Shown: positions 33,111 through 46,050 of the stretch, in pieces
Layout: the number at the start of each line of letters is the position of its first letter
Numbering within the stretch: the first letter of the stretch is position 1
NCBI RefSeq assembly: GCF_036321535.1
Contig: NC_087436.1
Location: 35,776,001 to 35,840,000, forward strand
Source of the DNA: Camelus dromedarius
Taxonomy: Eukaryota
Direction of reading: 5' to 3'
Length of the DNA: 64,000 nt
Made by a program: the position numbers and the translations under genes
The notes under the pieces: generated by a model
The model's input: only the letters and a program-made list of their open reading frames with translations
What the model was told of the DNA's origin: nothing
Databases searched by the model: none

Positions 33111-35169
33111 GAAATTGCTGGTCGGTGACAGGGAAAGAGAGGCAGCTCTTTAAAGCTGCTGCTCAGAAGTGGTACCTGTCACTCCACTCACATCATTGGC
33201 CCGAGCCAGTCTGATGGCCCAGCCTGACACAGTGAAGTGGGACAGATCAATCTTTAGCACAAATAGCCCTGTTTAGGAAAAGGCCAGAAGGTCCAGGGTG
33301 GCAGGAAAGACACTAGCAGGGAGGGTCAGAAATATTTTGAAGAAATAATACTGTGTCACACAGAGGAAAAGCTTTTACCCCTCAGGACGTGCCTCTCACC
33401 TTGGATAAGTGCACTTTTGCGGGCTCTCACCTAGGGCTGCTGCACTGTGTCCTCTTACCCAGTAAGGCTTCTCTCTACGTTTCCCCCTCTTCCTTCTATG
33501 AACTCAGCCGCATTGGGTGGCCAGTTCTACGTTGTGGAGTCTGGGGAATATACCTGCCTCCTAATTTCACCAAAAATAGGGTATGCACTTTTCTTTATTC
33601 TTCTTGTCGCTGTTGGGTGATTTCCAGGAGACAAAGAGGGAAATGCGGACGCACGCAGCTGTGTTCACAGGGAAATCGCCACACCGGCTGGAGCTGCACT
33701 GCTTTGCCACAAGCTAGAGAATGTGAAAAGCCCACACCCTGTAACGTGACCAGTGGGATTAGATGTTTGAAAATGTTTATAGTTTTATGTTTGTAGAGTC
33801 ACGTCAGGTCTTTTCCTTTTAAGTAGGTGGGATCGATCATTACTTTCTCTTTTTTTTCTTCTTTGTACAGTTGGGATGTTTGTGATCGAAGGCTGCTGCC
33901 ATTGTTCTGTAACTACTTTAGCACAATTCTGCAAAATATCCAGGAAAAATCACCACCAGCATGAAGTCAGTCACTTGTCCCTCTTTCTGTCATTTCTTCA
34001 CTGTCTTCGCAGGTTCCCCCTCCTCTGTCTTTGGTTAGTAACTGATGCCACCGGATTTGCATAGTTCACCTAGGCCATCAAAACACCTGCATGCCGTTCA
34101 TGACACCACCCTCTGCCGCTCAGCCTTGCCTGCCAATGTGCTCCAGGCTATGAGTCAGTCTTCTAGATATAACCTCTGATGTTCACTCATTCATTCAACT
34201 AATAAATATTTATCCTGTGCCTAATTTCCCTGGTGACTACCTTTCTCCCACTACAACAACAGTCAGGCATTCAAAGAAAAAACTTTTTTCTTAATGTAGA
34301 AAGGAAAGAAAGGTGATACATTTTTATTTCCAGCTCGCCCTCAAAGATAAACTTTAGAGCCTTGGTAAAGCCATAGATGAATCCAGATTTCTTTCTTGGT
34401 TTGAATCACTTTGCAACAATCACTCAAGTAACAAAAAATGTCCCCAGAACATGAAAACATCAGAAATTGTGATTAGCAAATCGTGAGTGTGAAAGTAATG
34501 CCACAGATTGTGGCAAAGAATATGATTCAGTGTGTTGGTTCCTCATTCCTGCCTCCACTTTTCACGAAGCTAAACTGAAGGTGCCAAACTTTTATCATTC
34601 AAATATGCTTCCCACTCTCAGATCTCAGATTTACCCACGAAAGGAAACCATCTGTCGTACTCAGACAGGTTTTTTGACATGCAGGAGCCATAGAATATGT
34701 TAGTTATTAAGCAAAATACGTTTTTATAATAATCAGGCATTCTTCCAGGGTGGAAGGAGGAAGGTGGAAGGAGCAATAGACTAGAGAATGCTGGTACTAA
34801 TAAAAAAGTAAAATATTGTATGGGGAAACCATCCCAAGGACACCTTAGGCTTCGGGGCCCAGGCGGGTGGTGTGCACGGGAAGGGGATTTGGTGTAAGCA
34901 GCACGTGGTTCTCTCAGTTCACTTTGACTTCTCTCTTCATAGAGTGTGGGCACCAAGAACTTTCCTTCTCTCAGAAAAACAGCACAAACACTCTGACCGA
35001 CGGCTGCCCCCCTCGGCCTCAAGGTCAGTTACCTACTTGGAGGGTGGGGCCTTGCTGCCCCTTCTAAAGGAGAAGGCCGCCACACGGGGGCACGGGCCCA
35101 GAGGCGGCAGCTCTTCCACGTTTTGCAGAAAAAAGGGTACATCAAGGCTCTTAACAGGAAGTCCCCTGA

Positions 35170-35312
35170 TTTTTTTTTGGTGGGGGTAGGTAATTAGGTT
35201 TATTTATGAATTATTTATTTTAACTTAAGTTTTTTAACAGAGGTTCTGGGGATTGAACCCAGGACCTCATGCATGCTAAGCACACACTCTACCACTGAGC
35301 TATACTCTCCCC
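35170..35312 (-). mobile_element. tRNA-derived SINE (camelid Vic-1-like)
   Basis: The reverse complement reads GGGGAGAGTATAGCTCAGTGGTAGAGTGTGTGCTTAGCATGCATGAGGTCCTGGGTTCAATCCCCAG...AAATAAACCTAATTACCTACCCCC, then poly(A). Confidence 0.9.
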
Positions 35313-35346
35313 TACGTTTTTTTGTTTTTGTTTTTCCCTGATTTTT

Positions 35347-36095
35347 TTTTAACATTTTTTATTGATTTATAATCATTTTACAATATTGTGTCAAATTCCA
35401 GTGTTCAGCACAATTTTTCAGTTATTCATGGACGTATACACATTCATTGTCACATTTTTTTCTCTGTGAGTTATCATAACATTTTGTGTATATTTCCCTG
35501 TGCTATACAGTGTAGTCTATTCTACAATTTTGAAATCCCAGTCTATCCCTTCCCACACTCCACCCCACTGGTAACCACAAGTCTGTATTCTCTGTCTGTG
35601 AGTCTATTTCTGTCCTTTATTTACGCTTTGTTTTTGTTTGTTTGTTTTTGTTTTTGTTTTTTAGATTCCACATATGAGCAATCTCATATGGTATTTTTCT
35701 TTCTCTTTCTGGCTTACTTCACTTAGAATGACATTCTCCAGGAGCATCCATGTTGCTGCAAATGGCATTATGTTGTCGGTTTTTATGGCTGAGTAGTATT
35801 TCATTGTATAAATATACCACATCTTCTTTATCCAGTCACCTGTTGATGGACATTTAGGCTGTTTCCATGTTTTGGCTATTGTAAATAGTGCTGCTATGAA
35901 CATTGGGGTGCAGGTGTCATCCTGAAGTAGATTTCCTTCTGGATACAAGCCCAGGAGTGGGATTCCTGGGTCACATGGTAAGTCTATTCCTAGTCTTTTG
36001 AGGAATCTCCACACTGTTTTCCATAGTGGCTGCACCAAACTGCATTCCCACCAGCAGTGTAGGAGGGTTCCCCTTTCTCCACAGCCTCTCCAGCA
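35347..36095 (-). mobile_element. Young 5'-truncated L1 (ORF2 C-terminus, 3' UTR, poly(A)) with a 17-18 bp TSD
   Basis: ORF 35661-36038 ([32 protein letters not shown]...CTPMFIAALFTIAKTWKQPKCPS...) is an uninterrupted L1 ORF2 C-terminus. It is flanked by TGTTTTTCCCTGATTTTT at 35329-35346 and 36096-36113. Confidence 0.96.
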
Positions 36096-38999
36096 TGTTT
36101 TTCCCTGATTTTTGAATGTTGAAGATTCATTTCATTTTTCAAAATACCATGCATGTCAAAGAAGACAGTTTGGCCCCAGGGCCACCTTTGTGTGACTTAG
36201 ACACATAGAGAGGGAGATGGGATTTGTGTCACTGTATCCCAGTCATGCTAGAGATTTCAAAGATGTTGATCCTGCTACGAAGAATATTGCACAAAATTGC
36301 CTCTGTGGGTCCAGGCCCCTTTACAAGGATGGGGCAATTTGTTGGCTCTGGCCCCTGGTGAGCAACCACTGAAGTTACCTCCCTGAAGATCACAGTAAGT
36401 ACCTGGCACGAACTCCCACTTGCAAGCATAATGTTTACAATGGGGCAAAAGGTGGTTTTATTAAGAGATAACTCACCATCTTGGATTTTGTGCAAAACCA
36501 GTCAAAATTGCTTTGAGCTCCACGTGCCTCTTATGGTGGGGGATGGGGTGGGGTGAATGCTTAGTTCAAACAGGGGCTTGGGGAACTTCCAGTCCTGAAA
36601 TGGAGGAGCCGCTCCACCAAGAGTACTGGACTATCTTCCAGAGGTGAGGCAAGCTTGGTCCCCATCTTCTGCTGGGTTTCTCTGTGCCCTCATGGTTCAC
36701 ATGAAATTCTTAGGACCTTTTGTTCCACCTTTGCCGCTTCCAGATGCCTTTCTTGGTTTGGCATTTTTTGGGGAAAGTTTTGGGAGTTCTTCCTGATTGG
36801 TGGGTGCAGCCACGTGGAGATTGTACCCGTTGGCAAAGGCTCCCCTACATCTTTCCCTAACATTCACCAAAGACTGTTTCCTTTATATGAAGCTGGTAAA
36901 ACAGGGCCTCGTTTTGAGTCTATTCTCTCTGCTTTTTTGCAGCTGTCTGTGTTTGCTAGTTTCCACCACCCTGGGGAAACATGTCCCTTAAGATTTCCAG
37001 TCAGAGAAGCTGTCCTCTGTCAGGTGTTTGCCTCTGTAACTAAACACGTGCTCAGAATGTATTCCAACCCATCCCAGCCTTGCTGTCTGTCCTCCCACTG
37101 TAGCCTTCAGCGGCCTATTTGCAAAAGATGCCCTTTAATTTTCCAGAAACTGTCAGAGTACCCTGGTTCTCTCCAAGTTACTTTCATGTTATGCTGTAAG
37201 GGTGGGCAACACCAGGTGATTGGAGACCCTGTGACTCTCAGCTCTGTGAAAGTTGTACTGTACGTACCCCTTTAGTTTGTGTGCCATGGGGGCCCGAGCC
37301 CAACGCTTCCAAGTATACGTGCAGAGAGAGGCCAGAATTCCTAAGCACCCTGGTATGCTTTTTAGCTCATGCATATTGTGGAGCCAGGCATAACTGCCTG
37401 GCTTTCCCTTTTGCATAACTAATAGAAAGCTTAAGGTCAATGTTGTCACCCATTTTGAGCATCATCAAATATACATTTTTGCTTTCACTTGATTCCTGGT
37501 TCTAATTTTGGGCCTGTCTTAATTTTCTTCTTTCACTCTCAATGTATGTGCTTTTGATATTTTATGCAACATTGCCAGCTACTTATATTCTCCAGGGGGG
37601 AGTGGGTAATATTATATAGCTATATATTACTAAAAATAATAATCCTATTTGAGAGGTTTTTTTTATAGCTTTAAGTAAGTTTCTGCCACCATTCTGTGTT
37701 GGCCATCATGACGTCTCTAGGAGAAGATACACAGATTACCTCACATAGAGGAATTCCTTCCCTGTTACGAGCTAGCCCCCACAGCTTCATGAAACATGGA
37801 ATTTTCTCATTATACCCGCTTATTTAACTAGATCAAGACTCCATTAAGGTGAGGATAACTTACACATCTTGTATGCCGCATTACCTAGCAGAATGCACGG
37901 TGCAGTTAGCTCTCAGGAGATTTTAGTGATGTTGCTTATTACAGAAGTGATGGGTTATGGTTCTGATCATTCAAAATAGGATAAGACTCGCAAAAAGTTA
38001 ACAAGGACTTTCATAAATAGATACTTCATTAACTGAAACCTAGTTTGGTGGAACATGGGTAGATCTCAAGGTACCTAAACATTCTTCTCTATATTCTGAT
38101 GGATTCTGATCGATGTGGTTGTTTGAAGTTATACAAAGTTACAATTTGAAAAAAATAAAACTTTCAAATTTGTCTTCTGAATAGCCTTCATTTTTCCTTT
38201 CTGGCTGATTCCTTTATGGAGTCACGTAGTTTCCTGACTCCTGTACGGATGATTAAGATATGTGTTTGGTGTTTGTTTACCATGAGTCATGTACCATTAT
38301 TTTCCTGTATAATTCAGTTATTGTTTTTAAAGTAGAAAATGTTCAGACAGTTGGAACTTTTAAGTTCTTTTTTTTTTTTCTTTTAGCAAAAAGTCACACT
38401 TTGAAGCAGTTTTTAGAATTAGGGGAAAAGGTGGTAACTTATTACTACTTGGCCAGATTTGGCCACTCGTGTGGAATTTTGGGAGATTAAAGTTCCACAT
38501 GAGAAACTGCCTACTTCATGGTAAAGACATCTTGTGGGGTCACCTGGCTTGTAGGTATTGTGGTTGCCGTGTCCCTTTACCAGGTGCCTGGGGTGGTCTT
38601 TAAACTCCAGGTGTTTTAAAAGTCAAACTAGCCTCCTTTCCACACTTTCCTGGAATCTGTTCTTGAAAATCGTCCAACTCTGGCAGAGATTTCAGTAGGG
38701 AAAAAGAAGTCAAAAGGCCCCCAGGCCATTATAGAAATTAGAAAGCCATTGATGCCTCAAGGACTCAGCCCAAAGAGCCAAATGTCAAAGAATCTGGGAC
38801 ATTCTTTGCCCAGGTAGGTATGAAATTACCTACCTTAGACACCATTGGAAGTGGTGTTTAGAAAAGAGGAGATTTGGCAGGTCAACTTAAGCCATCTTGC
38901 ATTGTTTGTTCTTAATAGAATTTCATTTTAATAATGTCAGAGCTACGACACCCCAGCATATGTCTGGGCCACCTGAGGAAGGAGGGATATTAACACTAT

Positions 39000-39492
39000 G
39001 AAGTGTCTTCCAGCCCCGGCTGCCACGTGAGTCATGGTTACTACTCCAGGCCCAGCTTAGGAAGCTCCCAGGAGTGGCTTAGCTATGGCTTTCTGAGCCT
39101 CCCCAAGTCTCACGCTACGAGGCCTCCTGTGTCAGCTGCCAGAGAGGGTAAGTAGTCCACCTGGAAGTGTGGGGAGCCGACACCCTGGGGGCAAACTTTG
39201 ACCAGTGGGAGTGGGAACCAGCACATAATTTCTTCTCTCTTCCTCCACCCAGACAGATGGTACCAAGAGTAGTAGACTGCTGGGGAGCAGAACCATGAGA
39301 ATAAGCAATCAGCTGTGCTTGGGTCAAAGCTGTGGCCTCCTGCTAACGCAGTGGCAGGTTTGCCTGCTCCTTCCTGGCCTTTCGGTCCTCTAACCCACAT
39401 GCATGCTCCCTTGGGACCACATCCCCTGTAGAAAGGCTAGCACATAAGCTTCTGCCTCAAGCTCTGTTTCCTAGAGAAATTAGGCTAAATCA
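39000..39492 (+). mobile_element. Old ERVL-type LTR (LTR16/LTR33-like)
   Basis: The 3' end reads CTTCTGCCTCAAGCTCTGTTTCCTAGAGAAATTAGGCTAA, similar to the LTR16/33 terminus. Confidence 0.5.
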
Positions 39493-40029
39493 GGTATATA
39501 TTTTACCTCCAAATACAAATCTTCAAATGATCCTGAGAAATATGTGGTTGCCCTCTTCATTTACATGAGTGATAAAAATGAGAATATTGGGGGGAAATAA
39601 CTTAGCTGACCTATTAAAGAGCTGAACCAGAATTCACCCAGGTCTGACATTATTATATTACAGAACCCAGAAAGCTGCAACAGGCACCCACTAAGCCAGA
39701 CCTTATATTTGCTTTTTTTTTTTAAGTACAAATTCTTCTATCTGAAAAATGTAACCATAAAAAGTAGTCTACAGTATACTTAAAAGTGGCTTTTTGCATT
39801 TATTTTTTTCCTCTATCATTAATGCCATTACTATTATCTTTATGTTTCTCATAGATTATGTGGGACCACATAACCAAGTATTAGATACTCCTTTTCACTA
39901 CTTGTATAACAAAGGGAGAAATGCATTTGCATTGAGTTATCTATAATTTAGAATAGAGTAGAAATCTGCTTACAACCAAATGCATGTATTGGCCTGCAAG
40001 TTGAAGAAATATAAGAAATATAAAAGATG

Positions 40030-40345
40030 ATGTCTTCAGTTTGCACATAACGAAAACCTAACTCAAGCCAACTTAAGCAAAAAAAAAAAAAAAAAAAAGA
40101 AAGAAGAAGAAGAAGAAGGGGAATTTCTTGGAAGCAAGTGGAATTGAAAAGCTCACAAGACCCTAAGTGGTGAAGCCCTGGGAAGGCCTCCAGCTTTCCT
40201 TGCAGAGTCTTATGCTCATCCCTTGACCATTCTCTGTGGCCAGGGGAATGGGTTTCTCCAGCTGACCCTGCCTGGGCCCCGTGCCCACCTCTGTGGAGTT
40301 CAGTGGAACAGGATGGCAGGTGTATTTCTAGAACAAATAGGGAAG
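40030..40345 (-). mobile_element. Old MLT1 (J/K-like) LTR fragment with an expanded A/GAA tract
   Basis: ACATAACGAAAACCTAACTCAAGCCAACTTAAGC(A)n...GGGAATTTCTTGG...GGCCAGGGGAATGG...GCCTGGGCCCCGTGCCCACCTCTG. Confidence 0.5.
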
Positions 40346-40554
40346 GACTGAAGTTGGACATATACAAACAAACACGCACAAATAATCCTACAACTCAGAG
40401 ATGCAAAAGAGAACAGGTGAAACAATTATAGCCCAACTGGGTGCTAAACAGGCCAAATGGTTAAGTATTTGCAAAACAAAGAGAAAGACAGTAGAGTGAA
40501 GGAGAACTTCATAGAGTAAGTAAAATTTTATTAATTCAAATACTTATTGCAAGT

Positions 40555-40760
40555 GGTATTTTATTTATTAATTCACATATGTATTGAGTGCTTACTCTGG
40601 GCCAGGCATTATTCTAGACCCTGGGACTATAGCAACGGCCAAAACAGTGACCTGCCATCATGAAGCTTACATTCTATAGGAGAAGACAGACAATAAACAG
40701 AGTAAGTAAGTGAAGCACAATATATGGTATGTTAGATAATGATTAGTGCTTTGAGGGGTG
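40555..40760 (-). mobile_element. L2 LINE 3' fragment
   Basis: ATTCACATATGTATTGAGTGCTTACTCTGGGCCAGGCATTATTCTAG...CATGAAGCTTACATTCTA...AGACAGACAATAAACA. Confidence 0.8.
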
Positions 40761-40789
40761 GGAGAAGCTTAAGATATTCTCTGAAGTTA

Positions 40790-41250
40790 TTCTTTAAGGA
40801 ATGAGAAAGGAAGAAGTAAAGGCATTAAAGAAAAGGAGAAACAACAACAACAAAACATGGTTGGAAGATGTGCTATTGTATGTGAATGCTGCAAAATTCC
40901 TAGTGGTAAATTTAACATGTTCAGAAGACAAATCATCGTTCACAATTTCCCGCACACTTTGGGTAAGAACTGCATTCCCGGACATCACTGACAAAGCACT
41001 GAAACTCTTAGAGCATCACTGGGAGCCAGTATTCACGGATGTGCAGTGGATGATGCAGCATCCAGGTGCTGATGTCGCCAGAATTAAATAAATGGAATTA
41101 GGAACAGGCAAGAAGAGTTATATTGTTTCAGAAGAACCATGGCAATTTGTGAGGAACAGTAGTGTTGCTGTCCTTTCTTGTGGTGGGAGATGTGAAATAA
41201 GCCAGAAACAAAGCATTTGACAATCAAGAACAGGAAGAGCTATTTGCTGG
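40790..41250 (+). mobile_element. Decayed hAT (Charlie-like) transposase fragment
   Basis: Translation LWVRTAFPDITDKALKLL resembles the W...(Y/F)P.L...A.K.L segment of the hAT C-terminal dimerisation domain. Confidence 0.4.
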
Positions 41251-41619
41251 ACCTGAAGAGGAAGAGACAGAGCCTGGACAGTACTAAGATGCTCCAGGTG
41301 CACTGATTGGACACTAAACAAACACTTCGGGACTTCCTAACCATTATTATAAATCTTCATGATAAATCGCTATCCCTCAGATGGACCGTTAATTTTGTAG
41401 TACACACTTTGGTTAAATTGTTTACATAGATGGGGTCCTCACTAAAAATGTATGCCCAGACCCCGGCCTGCCCTAGGGGTGGCCACGACCTTTGCACAAG
41501 TTTCAGCTTCTGATTCAGTGATGCCCCCAACACATGCGCCACAACAACCCACCTCTAGTTTAAACTCTTTAATAAATTAGAGTCCTGCTAGATAATTATG
41601 GGGGAAAAAATCAGAACTT

Positions 41620-41850
41620 TGACTTAGAATCAGAAAGGAGAAACGAAAACTTCTCTGTAGAGGTGCTAGTGGTCACCTTTGGGGGTGAGTGGGGAGGTGG
41701 TGCCTGGGTGAGCTGGTGAGAGTCTCTGATAATATTAATCTCTTGCAATGGGGAGCAGTTTCATGGCTATAGTCCCTTTGTAATAACTTATAGAGTTGTA
41801 CATGTATGATCTGTGTACTTTTTTTATGCATTTACACTTCAATAAAAGTT
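41620..41850 (+). mobile_element. Old L1 3' end (L1ME-like)
   Basis: TAGTGGTCACCTTTGGGGG...TGTGTACTTTTTTTATGCATTTACACTTCAATAAAAGTTT. Confidence 0.7.
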
Positions 41851-42312
41851 TACCACACAGACATGAAAAATCACCCATAGACATGATTCGATTCTGAAAT
41901 AAAATCATTTTCAGAGTCCAGTGGTCTGGAAGACGGTCTCTGCCTCAGCATGGCCTAGCGATTGATGTGGTGGATTTCAGGCTAAGATAAGCTGGTCCTT
42001 TTAGCTCTCCCATAACAAGGCAGCCTCACAATTAAACTCAGCTCTCACTGTCTCCCGGCACTTCCCCACCCTGCTTCATAAAATAGAAATTCTTGCAGAG
42101 GTTGTGTTCAGACATGCACAATGGAGACTGACACACAGGGCTTGGAGAACTTCCCAGAGGTGGTTTAAGAGTGATTATATAACATGTTAAGTCTGTGTTC
42201 CTTTTTTTGAGGCATAACTGAACCTTTGCCAAAATAACTAATTGCCAATCCTTTCCCACTGACCCAAATAAAAACATGGTAAATAAATTATAGTTCTGAA
42301 GCATATGCTCAG

Positions 42313-42334
42313 CACACACACACACACACACACA
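42313..42334. repeat. (CA)n microsatellite
   Basis: Pure CA run of about 11 units. Confidence 0.9.
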
Positions 42335-43367
42335 AAACCTGGTGTCCGAATGACTTCACAGCCCTGCCTGAGGAACACCTCACATGCACACACGGTCACT
42401 GAAGAGTTTGATGCTGAATTGCGTCTTTTTAAGTCATACCACCTGTTGGGAGATTTGGGGGTGGTGGATGGGTGGTGGGGAATGAAATGAATGTCGTTAA
42501 GTAAAAGAAACCAAAACAACAACAAAAGAACTACTTCTCTTTTGCCCACGAGTGTTGGTCAGAAAAAGAAAACAAGGAATTTTAATAAGCTGACATGTCT
42601 TAGGGAAGCCATGAAAATAGGCACGTGTCCCTGTGCCCAAAGGCCTAATGAGATGCAAGCAGCAGACCTGAAAGATTTAATACATTCCTTCCTTCCCTGC
42701 CGGTTCCCTTTACGCCTGGTTTGTATAGAACTCGGGTTTTCTGGGGGAATGCAGCGTTTGCACGAGGCAGATCAGTGGGTTCTCTTAGGTGATGCTTCTC
42801 TATTCCCAGGGAAGATGGCGGGGTCGGGGGAAGAGTAGAGGGTGTGGGAGAGGGGAGGGAGCTGCAGGAGGGGCGGAGGGTTAGCGGCTCTCCCCAGATC
42901 CCCATCCGGTGACCTCACTTTGGTGGCTTGGAACCAGCCATGGTGAGAGTATTTACACCACTGAACTGCCAAGCACTACAGATTACCCTGGCTTTGGTGA
43001 GTTGTGGGGTGAAAACAGCTGGTTAGTAACTATTAACTAGTGCCCCACGAGAAGGAGTCTAGGCAACATCTGGGGTGGCTGTATATTCAGTGCAGGTAGT
43101 TAGTTAACTCATTCAGCCACCTCCCCTAACAAAAGCTGGTTCCTGGGCCCCCGCGTGGATAGAAAGGGGAGGAGACAATCCCCTGTATTCTGTGCGAGTC
43201 CAACCACACCCGGAGTGCCGTACTTTACAGACAACAGAGAAAAGTCACTCTGTCCAGGGAGTACCATGGCCTGTGAAGAAAACTTGATAAAACTGAGCAC
43301 CCTGGATCCAGGGGAAGAATGGAATCATTGTCTATGTACATGTGCAAATGCTTAGGGGGCATTCCTG

Positions 43368-43940
43368 CATTCACTCATTCACTCAGCAGATATTCACAGA
43401 ACGATTTCTTCAGGTACAGAGGGGATCCGACAGTGAACAAGATAACACAGGGTTTGTCTTCCTGAGTGTACATTCAGGTGGAGGAGAATGATCAAAACAA
43501 GTAAGCAGATTATTTTTTTAAAAGCTCACATGAGCTTTAAAATCTTGGGAAGAAAATAGACAAGAAAATGAGACAGAAAAGACCCTAGGAGACAGGAATT
43601 GCCATGGCAATATTTAGGTACAGTGGTCAGAGACGGCTCCTCTGGAATGTGATATTAAGTTGAGACCTAGAGGAACAGAAGGAATTAGCCTGTGAGGAGA
43701 GGGGTTAAAGGGTGGGCTAGGGAGACTGCCCGGGAATGCAAAGGCTCTGAGTGGCAGTTTGGCATGTTTGGATCTTAGAGTAGAATTGTGTTGCTTCAGC
43801 AAAACCAGAGAGGAAGAGGGTGCCCCCGCCAGAAACAAGGAGATGGGCAGGGCAGGTCACTCTGGCCTTAGGGACAACCGTGGGGAGGAGTCTGGCCTAT
43901 AGTCCAAGACCAAGGGGTAGACACTGAAGGATCTGGAGAC
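43368..43940 (-). mobile_element. L2 LINE fragment
   Basis: CATTCACTCATTCACTCAGCAGATATT...GTGGTCAGAGACGGCTCCTCTGGAATGTGATATTAAGTTGAGACCT. Confidence 0.75.
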
Positions 43941-44151
43941 TTTGCCCACTTAACTAAACTTAGCAAATAGTAGTCAAAAGATCTTTAAGGGCACAAAAAT
44001 TCTATTTGCACCGAAATATTGAAACTGCCTCCTCCATCTGTATCTTTCCATTTACTATTCAAGTCTTGGAATATGGGTCTGAATTCCTGACTTTCTGTTT
44101 CCAGTCCCTGAGCAGCGCTAAGCATTCTGCTTTAGACATCACAGGAGCCTG

Positions 44152-44522
44152 GTATCTTAGTCAACGCAGGCTCTGTAACAGAATACCATGCCCTGGGTTC
44201 CTTAAACAACAGAGATTTATTTCTCACAGTTCTGGAGGCTAAGTCAAAGATCAGGGTGTCAGTAGATCCAGTGTTTGGTGAGAGTCCTCTTCCTGTTTTC
44301 CCGGTTTGCAGACGGCCGCCTTGTCCCTGTATCCTCAAGCTGTGGGGCAGAGAGAGGGCTAGCTCTTGTCCTCTACTCATTAGGATGCTAATCCCATCAT
44401 GGGGGCTCTACCCTTCTGACCTAATTACTTCCCAAAGGCCCCACCTTTAAATACCATCCTGCTGGGAGTTAGGGTTTCAACTTATTAATCTGGGGAGGAC
44501 ATAAACATTCAGCCCACAACAC
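44152..44522 (-). mobile_element. MLT1 (MaLR, A/B-like) solo LTR
   Basis: CTGTAACAGAATACCAT...TTAAACAACAGAGATTTATTTCTCACAGTTCTGGAGGCT...GACCTAATTACTTCCCAAAGGCCCCACCT...GGACATAAACATTCAG. Confidence 0.9.
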
Positions 44523-45289
44523 TTGGTAAAGAAATATTTGTTCTATTTGTTGACTTGACTTGCCTTGAATTAACCCTAAAAGCTTAACAGACTGGCAGGG
44601 GGTTGGGCTGGGAGTTGTTCGTATTGAGAAGTTCATGGGTGGCAAGTCTGTGAGGTGGTCCCCCACCTCTGCTCAGGGCTGTGTCAGAGATAGAGCAGTC
44701 AGCTGGACCACAGAGTAGTCAGGACACAAGCGGTGAAATAAGGTAGGCCGAATGTGGAAATCATCTCTGAAGATGGGAGTGGTGATGGGGACAGCCAGCT
44801 GCAGAAGAGGGCCGTTTGAAGACTGTCTGGAGGTATCAAGTCAAGAGAATCGAGAGAAGAACCAAGTACAACCCAGCCAACTAGAGCACGGGGGATGGAA
44901 GTCAGGCCTGGAGTCCCATTTGGAAGCTTTCTATTCTCCTGATGGATCTAGTTTTCAGAGTGCAGTAAAAAGGGGTCTCTCACAGGAGGAATGTTTTAGT
45001 GCATCTCCAGGGGAGAGGTGTGTCTGAGTCTGCCAAAATTCTTCTATTTGGCAAGTCTACTAAGTCTAGTGAAAATCACTATCCAATAAAATGGCCTTGC
45101 TCACAAAGCAACTTTAGGATTATCACTTCTGGCTTCTGTGCAGCTTTTCCGCAGGAAGAGAGTGCACTGACCAGCCAGTGTGACCATACAGCAGCCCTTG
45201 GCAGCACCATTCTCACTAAACAGCGATCATCAGCATTCTGGTTTATGTATCAATCTTGTGTGAGGCTTGTTTTCTTTTCTTTTTTTTTC

Positions 45290-46050
45290 ATGAGTTGCAT
45301 TATTTTTCATTGAGATAATTTTTTAAAGGACAGTTCACAGCAAAATTGCAAGGAATATACAGAGATTTCCCATATAACTCCTGTTCCCACACATGCACAG
45401 CCTCCCCCACTATCAACATTCCTCACCAGAGTGGTCCATTTATTACAACTGATGAACCTTCACTGATACGAACCTTCATCATAATCACCCAAAGCCCAAA
45501 ATTTACCTTAGGGTTCGCTCTTAGTGTTCTAACATCTGTGGGTCTGGACAAATGCATAATGACACGTAGCCATTGTTATGGTATTGTACAGAGATTCACT
45601 GTCCAAAACATCCTCTGTGCTCTGCTTATTCATTCCCTTCACCCCAAACCCTGACCACTACTGATCTTTTTACTGTCCCCCTGCAATTTTGCCTTTTCCA
45701 TAATATCGCATAGTTGGAATTGTACAGTATGTAACTTTTTCAGATTGGCTTCTTTCACTAAGTAATAAGCATTTAAGGTTCCCCATGTCGTTTTATAGCT
45801 AGATAGATCATTTCTTCTTAGTGCTGAATAACATACCATTGTCTGGTTGTACCCCAGTATATCCATTCACCTACATCTTGGACATCTTGGTTGCCTCCAA
45901 GTGTGGGCAACTATGAACAAGGCCACTATACACATCCATGTGCAGGTTTTTGCATACACATAGGTTTTCAATTTCTTTAGGTAAATACCAAGGAATGTAA
46001 TGACTGGGTCGTGGTATAAGAGTATCTTTTGAGGACTGTCCGGGCTGCTT
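45290..46050 (-). mobile_element. Old L1 3' UTR / ORF2 end
   Basis: The minus-strand translation HDPVITFLGIYLKKLKTYVYAKTCTWMCIVALFIVAHTWRQPRCP is L1 ORF2-like, and typical 3' UTR motifs follow. Confidence 0.9.

Noticed and set aside
35240..35312. tRNA gene
   Set aside because: The tRNA-like head is followed by a SINE tail, poly(A) and a TSD, and recurs in diverged copies, so it is a SINE rather than a tRNA gene.
35661..36038. 125-aa minus-strand ORF as a host gene
   Set aside because: It is the C-terminus of L1 ORF2 in a 5'-truncated insertion.
36560..37500. 206-aa ORF (36655-37275) and surrounding unique-looking sequence, considered as a retrogene or ERV fragment
   Set aside because: The ORF has a non-ATG start. 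I found no recognisable protein motif in it or in the opposite-strand frames I translated, and no poly(A) or TSD. A BLASTX/Dfam search would be needed to exclude an ancient element.
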